DNA of 64,000 nucleotides from Alphaproteobacteria bacterium (GCA_965205265.1 CBDBGH010000003.1:1280001-1344000), one strand, 5' to 3'; numbered from the stretch's first letter, positions 21,076 to 29,949 are shown. The notes: generated from the letters alone by a model not told the origin. Translations and numbers: made by a program.

Positions 21076-21749
21076 AGGCAGAGACCCTCGCCCGCCTGCG
21101 CGCCGCCCGCGGCGAACGGCGCCCGGTTGCGCGCGTGGCGGCGCTCGACGGCAGCGTGGACGCCGTCGTGGAGGACGGCGAAGGCCCGCTGCCGGAGGCC
21201 GTGCTGGACGTCGCGCACGCCGCGCTCAGGCAGAACCGCAGCCACGATTTCGAGCATGAGGGCGGGCGCTGGTTCGTGCAGGTGTTCAACCCGCCGCTCC
21301 GGCTGATCGTCGTCGGCGCGGTGCATATCTCGCAGCCGCTGATCCTCATCGCCGGCAATCTCGGCTACGACGTCACGCTGGTCGATCCGAGGGGCGCCTT
21401 TGCGACGGCGGCGCGGTTTCCCGATGTCGAGATCTGCGACGAGTGGCCCGACGATGCGCTGGAAGCGCTCGGCGTGGACGGGCGCACGGCCGTGGTGACC
21501 CTGACCCACGACCCCAAGCTGGACGACCCGGCGCTCCATGTGGCGCTCCGCTCGGAGGCGTTCTATGTCGGCGCGCTCGGCAGCCGGCGCACGCACGCCA
21601 AGCGGGTCGAGCGGCTGGTCGAAGCCGGGTTCGACGAGGCCGCCATCGGCCGCATCCGCGCGCCCATCGGCCTCGATCTGGGCGGGCGGGCCCCGGCCGA
21701 GATTGCGCTCGCCATCGCGGCCGAGATGACGGAGGCGCTCTACCGATGA
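21072..21749 (+). CDS. XdhC family protein, C-terminal Rossmann module
   Basis: VVGAVHIS, THDPKLDD, YVGALGSRRTH, PIGLDLG, PAEIA. Confidence 0.9.
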   Translation: MKAETLARLRAARGERRPVARVAALDGSVDAVVEDGEGPLPEAVLDVAHAALRQNRSHDFEHEGGRWFVQVFNPPLRLIVVGAVHISQPLILIAGNLGYDVTLVDPRGAFATAARFPDVEICDEWPDDALEALGVDGRTAVVTLTHDPKLDDPALHVALRSEAFYVGALGSRRTHAKRVERLVEAGFDEAAIGRIRAPIGLDLGGRAPAEIALAIAAEMTEALYR

Positions 21750-23341
21750 AGTTCGGGCCGGTCCCGCTCGAGGACGCCGAAGGCGCGCTGCTGGCCCACT
21801 CGATCCGGGTGGAGGGAGCGGTCTTCCGCAAGGGCCGGCTGCTGTCCGCGGCGGACGTGACCGCGCTCGCGGAGGCGGGCGTGAAGGAGGTGACGGCCGC
21901 CAGGTTCGAGCCGGGCGACATGGACGAGGACAGCGCGGCCGCGGCCATCGCGGCGGCGGTGGCCGGCGAGGGGCTGGAGGTCGCCGCGCCCTTTACCGGG
22001 CGCGTCAACCTGTTCGCCTCGGAACGCGGCGTGCTGACGGTCGAGGCCGGGCGGGTGGACCGGCTGAACCTGCTCGACGAGAGCATCACGCTCGCGACCC
22101 TGCCGCCCTGGAGCCTTGTCGAGCGCCGGCAGATGGTGGCGACGGTGAAGGTCATCCCCTTCGCCGCGCCGCAAGACGCGGTCCGGCGGATCGAGGGCCC
22201 TCTGCTGGCGCTGCACCCTCTGAGGCCGAGGCGCGTGGCGCTCATCCAGACCGAGCTGCCGAGCGTCAAGCCGAGCGTGCTCGACAAAACGGTCGGGATC
22301 ACGCGCGCGCGGGTCGAGGCGCTGAACGGCGCACTGATCGGGGAGAGGCGCGCCGCGCATGAGGAGGCCGCGCTGGCCGAGGCGATAGGCGAGAGCCTGG
22401 GCGAGCGCCCGGATATCCTGCTGATTGCCGGCGCTTCGGCTATCGTGGACCGGCGCGACGTGCTGCCTGCAGCCATCGAGGCGGCCGGCGGCGCGGTCGA
22501 GCATTTCGGCATGCCTGTCGATCCCGGCAACCTGATCCTCCTCGGGCGTGTCGGGGCGGTGCCGGTCGTCGGCCTGCCGGGCTGCGCCCGCTCGCCCAAG
22601 GCGAACGGTTTCGACTGGGTGCTCCAGCGCCTCGCCGCCGGCCTCGAGGTCGGGCGGCGGGAGATCATGTCCATGGGCGTCGGCGGGCTGCTGGTCGACA
22701 TTCCGGACCGGCCGCAGCCGAGGCAGCGCCGCCGCGCCCCGGCAGAGCCGGCGCGCCTGCCGCGCATCGCGGCCCTGGTGCTGGCCGCCGGCCAGTCGCG
22801 GCGTATGGGGCCGGCGAACAAGCTACTGGCGGAGGTGGACGGCGCCGCCATGCTCGGGCGCGCGCTGGAAGCCGCGCGCGCCTCGCAGGCGGCCTCGCTG
22901 CTGGTGGTGACGGGGCACGACCGGGAACGGATCGAAGCGGCGGTCGATGCGCCGACCGTCCACAACCCGGATTACGCCGAGGGCCTCTCGACCTCGCTCC
23001 GCGCCGGCATCGCGGCCCTGCCGGAGGACATCGACGGCGCGGTCGTGCTGCTGGGCGACATGCCCTTCGTCTCAGCCGCCCATATCGACCGGCTGATCGC
23101 GGCCTTCAACCCGCTGGAGGGCCGGTCGATCTGCGTGCCGACCTTCAACGGCAAGCGCGGCAACCCCGTGCTCTGGGGCCGGGAGCTGTTCGCGGAGATG
23201 GGCAGCGTTTCCGGCGATGTCGGCGCCAAGCACCTTATCGGCGCGAACGGAGACCTGCTGGTCGAGGTGCCCATGCCGGACGAAGGCGTGCTCCGCGACG
23301 TCGATACCCCCGCCTCCCTCGCCAAGGCCCGGTCGGGTTAG
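21746..23341 (+). CDS. molybdopterin-binding domain fused to molybdenum cofactor cytidylyltransferase (MocA-like)
   Basis: GMPVDPGNL, PGCARSPK, then LAAGQSRRMG, LGDMP, GNPVLW, DVDTP; ATGA coupling. Confidence 0.88.
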   Translation: MKFGPVPLEDAEGALLAHSIRVEGAVFRKGRLLSAADVTALAEAGVKEVTAARFEPGDMDEDSAAAAIAAAVAGEGLEVAAPFTGRVNLFASERGVLTVEAGRVDRLNLLDESITLATLPPWSLVERRQMVATVKVIPFAAPQDAVRRIEGPLLALHPLRPRRVALIQTELPSVKPSVLDKTVGITRARVEALNGALIGERRAAHEEAALAEAIGESLGERPDILLIAGASAIVDRRDVLPAAIEAAGGAVEHFGMPVDPGNLILLGRVGAVPVVGLPGCARSPKANGFDWVLQRLAAGLEVGRREIMSMGVGGLLVDIPDRPQPRQRRRAPAEPARLPRIAALVLAAGQSRRMGPANKLLAEVDGAAMLGRALEAARASQAASLLVVTGHDRERIEAAVDAPTVHNPDYAEGLSTSLRAGIAALPEDIDGAVVLLGDMPFVSAAHIDRLIAAFNPLEGRSICVPTFNGKRGNPVLWGRELFAEMGSVSGDVGAKHLIGANGDLLVEVPMPDEGVLRDVDTPASLAKARSG

Positions 23342-23356
23342 GCAGCGCGTGCCGGG

Positions 23357-24493
23357 CTACCGCCTGGGGGCATAGACGAAGCCGTCCATGAGGCGGCGCG
23401 CCGTGCGGTAAACCACGGCGCGTTCGGCATGGGGTTCGGCGTCGCTGCCCGAGACCTCGGCGGCGACGAGCGCGATGCCGGAGGGGTGGCCGATGCGGAT
23501 GTCGCCGCCCCCGGCTGCGCCGCTCGCCTCATGCACCAGCGTGCCCGCCATGCGGGCCGCGACGCCGAGGCAGAGCGCGGCCGTCAGCGGCACGGCGCGG
23601 TGGGGGCGGCCGACGGAAATCATCCGCGCTGCGAGATCCATGTCCGCCGGGCGCAAGCGTTCGCCCGAGAGCGCCTCGAAGGCGGTTGGCGGCGCGACCG
23701 TGCCGACCTTGGGGATGCTGCCCGGCACCGGGTCGAGGCCGGCGGCGTCACCGGCGGCGCGGCGCACGGCGTCGAGCGCCGCCAGCGCATCCCCGCCGTC
23801 TTCGAGCGCGGCGGGCGTCTCGACGCCGGTAAGGCCGATATCCGCCGCGCGGACGAAGCAGCAGAGATTGGCGGCATCGACGATGGAGACATCGAGGGCG
23901 CCGAGGCCGGGAATGTCGAGCCGGTCCACCGGCCTCCCCGTCGGCAGGAGCCTGCCGGTGCTGGCGCCGCCCGGCTCTAGGAAGTCGAGCCGCACCGGGG
24001 CGCCGGTGCCCGCCACCCCCGGCAGGGAGAAATCGCCGTTGACGGCCGCGCGCCCGTCCTCGACCGGAAAGCGGGCATGGATCATCCGGGCGGTGTTGGT
24101 GTTGTGGATGCGGACCACGGCCTCGTCGCCGCCGGCGGAGACCAGCCCCTCGTCCACCGCGAACGGCCCCATGGCGGAAGACATGTTGCCGCAATTGCCC
24201 GAGATGTCGGCCTCCGCCCGGTCCACGGCGATCTGGAAGAAGGTGTAGTCGATATCGGCGTCCGGCCGGGTCGGCGGGCCGATGACGCAGACCTTGGAGA
24301 GCGAGGAGATGCCGCCGCCCATGCCGTCGAGCTGGCGGCCGTTCGGGTCCGGGCTGCCCATGGCCGTGCAGAAGAGCGCCGGCCACTCGGCCCGGTCCCC
24401 CGGCAGGTCCCGCGCATGGAAGACGAGGGCGTTGGAGGTGCCGCCGCGCATGAAGGCGGCCGGCAGGCGCGTCTGTGCGGTCATGGCCGCCAT
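23357..24493 (-). CDS. prpF: PrpF family 2-methylaconitate isomerase-like protein
   Basis: FMRGGTS, QLDGMGGGISSLSKV, GNCGNMSSA, HPSG, RTARRLMDG. Confidence 0.88.
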   Translation of the reverse strand: MAAMTAQTRLPAAFMRGGTSNALVFHARDLPGDRAEWPALFCTAMGSPDPNGRQLDGMGGGISSLSKVCVIGPPTRPDADIDYTFFQIAVDRAEADISGNCGNMSSAMGPFAVDEGLVSAGGDEAVVRIHNTNTARMIHARFPVEDGRAAVNGDFSLPGVAGTGAPVRLDFLEPGGASTGRLLPTGRPVDRLDIPGLGALDVSIVDAANLCCFVRAADIGLTGVETPAALEDGGDALAALDAVRRAAGDAAGLDPVPGSIPKVGTVAPPTAFEALSGERLRPADMDLAARMISVGRPHRAVPLTAALCLGVAARMAGTLVHEASGAAGGGDIRIGHPSGIALVAAEVSGSDAEPHAERAVVYRTARRLMDGFVYAPRR

Positions 24494-24580
24494 TCTAGCG
24501 CAATCGGGAGCGTCCGGCGTCCGCTTCCTCTTCTTCTTCTCCCGGGGGGCGACGGTCCGGGGCTCCGGTTGGGAGCGCCT

Positions 24581-24751
24581 CTACTTCTCTTCCCGATCCG
24601 CCGATGGCGGCGGCGGGGCACTGTCCAGTTCGGCGAGCAACGCTTCGACCGTCCGCCGCAGTTCGGGAAGGTGGTGAACGGCGGTGTATTCCACAATCGC
24701 CTCGGCCGACTCGTCGATGTCCCACAGCAGGGCCGACGGGTTACGCGACAT
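24581..24751 (-). pseudogene. HepT/DUF86 toxin remnant with an in-frame internal deletion
   Basis: MSRNPSALLWDIDESAEAIVEYT joined directly to HLPELRRTVEALLAEL; 56 aa; no RxxxxHxY motif; overlaps the end of the MNT antitoxin gene. Confidence 0.7.
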
Positions 24752-25052
24752 AGACGGTCTCGCGGTCGCGCTCAATGGCCGCCAGGACGTACGGGTTGCG
24801 GATCGCCCCTATCTGGCTCATCTCGACCTTGCGCCCGAGGGCTTCGGCCAGGTCGCATTCCAGGCGGTAGAAGCGCCGCGCGACGCCCGGCAGGAGCGGG
24901 GGCTGGAACTCGACGAGGAAGTCGGCGTCGCTGGTCTCCGGGTCGAAATCGGTTCCCCTTGCGGCCGAGCCGAACAGGTCGAGCCGGCGCACGCCGTAGC
25001 GCCGGCAGATGCGCGCGATCTCATCCTTCCTGTCTGCGATCTCGGGGTGCAT
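24741..25052 (-). CDS. minimal nucleotidyltransferase (MntA-type antitoxin)
   Basis: ICRRYGVRRLDLFGSAARGTDFDPETSDADFLVEF (GS...DxD), IRNPY; C-terminal part of the 24741..25742 ORF. Confidence 0.9.
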   Translation of the reverse strand: MHPEIADRKDEIARICRRYGVRRLDLFGSAARGTDFDPETSDADFLVEFQPPLLPGVARRFYRLECDLAEALGRKVEMSQIGAIRNPYVLAAIERDRETVYVA

Positions 25053-25138
25053 CGTCCCGGCTTTCCTGCCGCCGCCGCGCGGAACGCGGCGAACATTATC
25101 AGTGGCGGCGTTGGCGCCGCACTGGGAGCGCCGGCAGG

Positions 25139-25858
25139 TTAGCACGGATGGCCGGCCCTTTCCTCCCCCGCCTCGATCTTGCGGCATGCCTGCTCGATCC
25201 GATCTTCGAGGCAGGCCATGAAGGCGCGGCGGTCCATGCCGGGCGGGATCGGCTCCAGGAATTCGAGCCGGATGGTGCCGGGGCGCATCCGGAAGCCGCG
25301 CCGGCTCCAGTGGCGGCCCGAGTTGAGCGCGACCGGCACAACGGCGGCGCCCGTCTCCCGGTAGAGGGCGGCGACGCCCGGGTGGTAGGGGCGGCGCTCG
25401 CCCGGCGCAGTGCGCGTGCCTTCCGGGAACACCACGACCTGCGCGCCGTTCTCCAGCGCGGCCCCGGCCCCCTCGACCATGCGGCGCAGCGCGGCGGCGC
25501 CGCCCCGGCGGTCCACCGCGATCTGCCCGGCGCGGCGGAAATACCAGCCGACGCCGGGAATCGAGAGCAGTTCCCGTTTCACGACATAGACCGGGTCCGG
25601 CAACAGCGCCGCCAGCACGAATGTCTCCCAGGCGGACTGGTGCTTGGCGGCGACGATGGTTCCGGGCGGCGGCAGGGCCCCGCGAACCTCGTGCCGGATG
25701 CCGGCGAGCGCCCGCAGCAGGAAGATCGTGACGCGCCCCCAAACGGCGCCCGCCCGGCGCGCCGCCCGGCGCGAGGCGAAGAGCGCCGGCGACAGCAGGA
25801 AGACGAGCAAGGCGGTGGCGGCCACGAAACCGGCCGCGAAGAGCGCCGAGCGGAGCAT
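25139..25858 (-). CDS. plsC: 1-acyl-sn-glycerol-3-phosphate acyltransferase
   Basis: KHQSAWET, VFPEGTR, VPVALNSG. Confidence 0.88.
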   Translation of the reverse strand: MLRSALFAAGFVAATALLVFLLSPALFASRRAARRAGAVWGRVTIFLLRALAGIRHEVRGALPPPGTIVAAKHQSAWETFVLAALLPDPVYVVKRELLSIPGVGWYFRRAGQIAVDRRGGAAALRRMVEGAGAALENGAQVVVFPEGTRTAPGERRPYHPGVAALYRETGAAVVPVALNSGRHWSRRGFRMRPGTIRLEFLEPIPPGMDRRAFMACLEDRIEQACRKIEAGEERAGHPC

Positions 25859-25860
25859 CG

Positions 25861-26466
25861 TCACCCGCCGTCCCTCAAGGCGCCGTACCACCCGGCAAGG
25901 CGGTCCAGGGTCACGGCCAGCAGATATTTGTGGTAGGCGCGCAACAGCACCTCCCGCGTTCCCGGCCACCGCCACCAGCCGTCCAGCTTGAGCGTCTCCG
26001 GGATGACCGGATGGGCCAGCATCTCCACGCCCGGCGCGGCGCGGCGCAGCAGGTGGAGGGCGCGCGGCAGGTGGTAGGCGGCCGTCACGATGCGCAGGCT
26101 CCGGGCGCCTCGCTCCGCTGCCCAGACCGCGACCTCGGCGGCATTGCCGACGGTGTCCTGCGCCGTCCGGCCGAGTTCGATGCAGCAGGCAAGCGCCTCG
26201 TTCCCTTCATGGCCTGCAAGCTCCAGGAGGCGCTCCGCCGTCACGCCCGCGCCGACCCCGGAGACGAAGAGCACCGGCGCGAGGCCCTCGCCCAGAAGAC
26301 GCACGCCTTCCTCGATGCGCTCGGCGCCGCCTGTCAGCACGACAATGGCGTCGGTCCTGCGGTCCGGAGCCTCGGGCCCCGTCGGCAGCACCGCCGCGAA
26401 TCTCACCAGCCCGCCGATCCAGAGCGCGGCGAGCAGCAGCGCGAGAATGACGAGCCGCTTCGTCAA
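25861..26466 (-). CDS. YdcF/DUF218 family protein
   Basis: N-terminal TM helix, DAIVVLTGG, DTVGNA, VTAAYHLPRA; TTG start at 26466 assumed. Confidence 0.88.
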   Translation of the reverse strand: MTKRLVILALLLAALWIGGLVRFAAVLPTGPEAPDRRTDAIVVLTGGAERIEEGVRLLGEGLAPVLFVSGVGAGVTAERLLELAGHEGNEALACCIELGRTAQDTVGNAAEVAVWAAERGARSLRIVTAAYHLPRALHLLRRAAPGVEMLAHPVIPETLKLDGWWRWPGTREVLLRAYHKYLLAVTLDRLAGWYGALRDGG

Positions 26467-26541
26467 GGCCGGTCCGGCCGCCTTGCTGCGCCGTCCATCG
26501 GCAGGGCAGTCGCTTTCGGATTTGTCATGCGTGAGCACCCC

Positions 26542-26634
26542 CGTCATGCCCGAACGCCCCCTTTGACAGGCTCAGGACAGGCTCCTCCGTCATGTCCGAA
26601 CGCCCCCCTTCGACAGGCTCAGGGCAGGCTCCTC
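26542..26634. repeat. two tandem units of REP-associated sequence
   Basis: CGTCATGCCCGAACGCCCCTTTGACAGGCTCAGGACAGGCTCCTC followed by CGTCATGTCCGAACGCCCCCCTTCGACAGGCTCAGGGCAGGCTCCTC. Confidence 0.8.
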
Positions 26635-27077
26635 CGTCATACCCGGACTTGTTCCGGGTATCCATGCGGCCGCCCCGGCGGAAGCGGTGGCGGGAGATGC
26701 CCGGAACAAGTCCACTGGTGTCCGGTTCCATCATTGGGCCGGTCCGGTCCGGAGTTTTTGGGCGCGCGTGGTGTCTCCGGTCCGCTTCCCTCCATCGTGT
26801 CCGAACAGCCTCCCTGCGCTGTGCCCGAACGCCCTCCTCCGTCATGCCCGGACTTGTTCCGGGCATCTCCGTCGGGGCCATCGCGGCGGCCGCATGGATG
26901 CCCGGAACAAGTCCGGGCATGACGATATGAGGGCATGACGATGAAGAGGGGCGGCGCGCCGGGCGTCGGTCCGAGTCCCGATCCCGCCGAACCCCTCGAA
27001 ACCCGGTTGAATCCAGGCCATGCGCTCTGTCCCCCAAATCTAAACCGGACAGCAGTGGAACAAGTCCGGGCATGACG
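26635..27077. repeat. CGTC-type REP dimer with its right arm interrupted by a MITE; further REP dimer at 26840-26924
   Basis: CGTCATACCCGGACTTGTTCCGGGTATCC ... GATGCCCG[GAACAAGTC insert GAACAAGTC]CGGGCATGACG. Confidence 0.88.
26713..27057. mobile_element. non-autonomous MITE (345 bp), copy 2, inverted relative to copy 1
   Basis: TIRs CACTGGTGTCCGGTT / AACCGGACAGCAGTG; GAACAAGTC at 26704-26712 and 27058-27066; about 100 bp at one end closely matches the reverse complement of 12591-12690. Confidence 0.8.
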
Positions 27078-27322
27078 ATATGGAGGCCGGGTATGACGGG
27101 AAGGGGATATGACCGGAAGAGCGTCGGGGCTTCGATTCGACCGGCCCCCTCGAAACCCGGTTGAACCCCGGTCATGCGCCCTGCTCGCAAATCTTCAAAA
27201 GCGATTGCCCTGAGGACCGGGCGGGCGGTATTCGCCAGTCGGCACGATTCGGTTACCTTGATTCGAGTCGCCGGGCAGCCTATACAAATTGCCCCTCTCG
27301 CAGGGGATTCAGAGGCACCTGC

Positions 27323-27742
27323 ATGATCCTCGCTTGCCCAAACTGTATCGCACGATATCGAGTCGAGGTCGAGGCGCTGGGTGCGATGGGACGGCGGGTC
27401 AGGTGCCGGAAATGCAGCCATGTCTGGCACGCGGAGCCGCCGGGATACGTCGTCGAGGTCCTCCACGCGGTGCCCGAACCCGCCTTTCTGGCCGCCGATG
27501 CGGCAGCGAGGGACGGGCCCGCGAGACCCCAGCTTCCGGTGCCGGCGGGACAGGCGCTCCGACCCCGCTCGCCATCCCGCTGGACCTGGATCCTGAGCCT
27601 GCTGGTGCTGGCCGCCTGCGTCGTCGCATACGAGGCGAGGCAGCCCATCGTCGAGGAATGGCCCCGGCTCGCGCCCGTCTATGGCGCGCTCGGCATCGAG
27701 CTGGAAGAAGGGCAGGAAGCGAAGCCCGCCCGCCCGCAATAG
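27323..27742 (+). CDS. MJ0042-type zinc-ribbon membrane protein
   Basis: MILACPNCIARY ... VRCRKCSHVW, then a TM helix and WP...YGALG. Confidence 0.85.
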   Translation: MILACPNCIARYRVEVEALGAMGRRVRCRKCSHVWHAEPPGYVVEVLHAVPEPAFLAADAAARDGPARPQLPVPAGQALRPRSPSRWTWILSLLVLAACVVAYEARQPIVEEWPRLAPVYGALGIELEEGQEAKPARPQ

Positions 27743-27749
27743 GCGCGCA

Positions 27750-28370
27750 TTGAGATACGCCATCTACTACACGCCGGCGCCGGAAAGCGCGCTGGCGCGC
27801 TTCGGCGAGGGCTGGTTCGCCCGGAAGGCGCCCTTTCTGGACGCCGCGCGCCGCTATGGATTCCACGGCACGCTCAAGGCGCCGTTCCGGCTGGCGACAG
27901 GAGCGAGCGAAGCCGGGCTGCTGCTCGCGGCGGCGCGTTTTGCAGGGGAACGCGGCGCTCTCCGGGGACCGCCGCTTCGCCCGGCGGTTCTGGCAGGCTT
28001 CCTCGCGCTCATGCCGTCGGAGCCGTTCGAAGAGCTCGACCGCCTCGCCGCCGACTGCGTCGCCGCCTTCGACCGGTTCCGGGCGCCGCCCGGCGAAGCC
28101 GAACTCGCGCGCCGGCGCCGGGCCGGCCTCAGCGCAGGCCAGGAGGCGCTGCTGCGGCGCTGGGGCTACCCCTATGTCATGGAGGCGTTCCGTTTTCACA
28201 TGACACTGACCGACCGCCTGGACGAAGCGAGGCTGGCGAGCGAGCGCGCCCTCGCCGGGGCGATGCTGGGAGAGGCGCCGGCCCCGTTCGATGTCGATGC
28301 GGTGACGGTCATGGTCGAGCCGGCGGACGGTGCGGCGTTCCGAATTCTCCGGCGCCTCGCGTTGGGATAG
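27750..28370 (+). CDS. DUF1045 family protein (2H phosphoesterase-like)
   Basis: RYAIYYTP, RYGFHGTLKAPF, WGYPYVMEAFRFHMTLT (two HxT motifs). Confidence 0.88.
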   Translation: MRYAIYYTPAPESALARFGEGWFARKAPFLDAARRYGFHGTLKAPFRLATGASEAGLLLAAARFAGERGALRGPPLRPAVLAGFLALMPSEPFEELDRLAADCVAAFDRFRAPPGEAELARRRRAGLSAGQEALLRRWGYPYVMEAFRFHMTLTDRLDEARLASERALAGAMLGEAPAPFDVDAVTVMVEPADGAAFRILRRLALG

Positions 28371-28473
28371 CCGGGTTGGAGGCGAAGCGCCGAACGACAA
28401 TCCGGGCAAACTGGCCGATCATCGGAACAGGTTATATGATTGTTCCGGGAAACCGACCGAGAGGGTGAGGAAC

Positions 28474-28914
28474 ATGAGAACGATCATTATGGCGGGCCTG
28501 CTCGCGATTTGCACCGTCGGTGCGGCGTTCGCCCAGGGGGCTCCGTCCAAACCGGGGGCCAAAGTGTACTTCGCCAACCTGGCCGACGGCGACACGGTGA
28601 CCAGTCCGGTCAGGATTCTCTTCGGCCTGTCCGGTATGGGCATTGCGCCCGCAGGTGTGGAAATGGAGGGAACCGGCCACCACCATCTGCTGGTCGACCG
28701 TCCGCCATTGGGTCAGGGCGAGGACGGCGCCGAAGAACTGCTTTACAGCATTCCGACGGACGACAACCATCGGCATTTCGGCGGCGGTCAGACCGAGACG
28801 GTGCTGGAATTGGCGCCGGGCGCGCATACGCTCCAGCTTGTCCTGGGCGACTATGCGCATGTGCCGCACTCTCCACCCGTCATGTCCGAGGTCATCACCG
28901 TCACGGTGAAGTAA
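28474..28914 (+). CDS. DUF4399 family exported protein
   Basis: signal peptide; GMGIAPAG, TGHHHLLVD, HFGGGQTE, HTLQLVLGD. Confidence 0.88.
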   Translation: MRTIIMAGLLAICTVGAAFAQGAPSKPGAKVYFANLADGDTVTSPVRILFGLSGMGIAPAGVEMEGTGHHHLLVDRPPLGQGEDGAEELLYSIPTDDNHRHFGGGQTETVLELAPGAHTLQLVLGDYAHVPHSPPVMSEVITVTVK

Positions 28915-28989
28915 TCCGGCCCGCCGGCGGAGACGTAGGCCAGCTGCGCCGCGACGATTCCCCCGGCGGCCGCTGAGCAGCGGGGAAGC

Positions 28990-29688
28990 ATGACCGACGG
29001 CGAGGAAGGACGGGTTGAAGAGCCCCGGGAAGCGCGCATCTGGGACCGCGCGACCCGGATTTTCCACTGGGTCCTCGTGGCGCTGGTTGTCGTCTGCTAT
29101 CTGAGCGGGCGAAACGGGCGGTTCGACATCCATATCCCGGCCGGACAGGCGCTGCTCGTGCTCATCGCGGCGCGGATATTGTGGGGCTTCGCGGGCAGCA
29201 GCTCGTCCCGCTTTCGCGCCTTCGTCCGCCCGCCGCGGGAGATCATGGCCTATCTGCCGACCATGATGCGGCGCGAGCCGGACGGGCGCGCCGGGCACAA
29301 TCCGCTGGGCGGGCTGTCGGTGGTCGCGATGCTGCTGGTCCTCGCCGCGCAGGCAAGCCTCGGGCTCTTCGCGGTCGATGTGGACGGGCTGAATGACGGC
29401 CCGCTCAGTTTCCTCGTCAGCTACGACGCCGCGCGGGAAGCGGCCGAACTGCATGCGATGGTGGTGGACGGCCTGCTCATACTCGTCGGCCTCCACGTCC
29501 TCGCGGTGCTGTTCCACCTGCTCTACAAGCGCGAGAACCTCACCCGCGCGATGCTGACCGGGCGCGGACGGCTCGCAAAAGGGCAGGCGCCGCCGCACAT
29601 GGTTTCCGAGTGGCGGGCGCTGCTCGCGCTCGCGCTGGCGGCTGTCGCCGTCCTCGGCGGAATCGAGATCGCGGCGCGCGTCTTCTAG
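28990..29688 (+). CDS. cytochrome b/b6 domain membrane protein
   Basis: WDRATRIFHW, RILWGF, GHNPLGG, LHVLAV heme-ligand histidines; convergent with cytochrome c'. Confidence 0.88.
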   Translation: MTDGEEGRVEEPREARIWDRATRIFHWVLVALVVVCYLSGRNGRFDIHIPAGQALLVLIAARILWGFAGSSSSRFRAFVRPPREIMAYLPTMMRREPDGRAGHNPLGGLSVVAMLLVLAAQASLGLFAVDVDGLNDGPLSFLVSYDAAREAAELHAMVVDGLLILVGLHVLAVLFHLLYKRENLTRAMLTGRGRLAKGQAPPHMVSEWRALLALALAAVAVLGGIEIAARVF

Positions 29689-29715
29689 ACGGTGAGCGCG
29701 CGCCGCGCGGCCGGG

Positions 29716-29949
29716 CCAGAGCACGCTTCTTTCAGACTGAAACGAGGGTCCGGCTGTCCCTCGATACGCGGCTGGCGCCGCTACTCGGGATGAGGGAATG
29801 CTCCGAGTTCTGCCCTCCTGCCTTCCCTCACCCTGAGTAGCGCCCGCGCCGCTTCCTCCTGCCCCTCACCCTGAGTAGCGCCCGCGCTAGCGGGCGCGTA
29901 TCGAAGGGCGGCTGCCGCTCCGGTTCAACATGAACGGATACCGCGCTAG
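29716..29949. repeat. degenerate MITE-like element enclosing a second REP family
   Basis: Imperfect ends CCAGAGCACGCTTCTTTCAGACTGAAACG / CGGTTCAACATGAACGGATACCGCGCTAG; internal CCCTCGATACGCG...CTACTCGGGATGAGGG inverted to CCCTCACCCTGAGTAGCG...CGCGTATCGAAGGG, with a 25-bp partial duplication (29825 and 29863). Confidence 0.65.

Larger units (their letters stand above)
26502..27212. mobile_element. outer MITE-like element (711 bp) containing nested REPs and a second MITE
   Basis: TIRs CAGGGCAGTCGCTTTCG (26502-26518) and CAAAAGCGATTGCCCTG (27196-27212), 15/17 match; no flanking direct repeat seen. Confidence 0.65.

Noticed and set aside
26542-27110. Possible CRISPR array (recurring ~28-bp palindromic units)
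   Set aside because: Units are inverted pairs with irregular, mutually related spacers and there are no cas genes; this is a REP/MITE structure.
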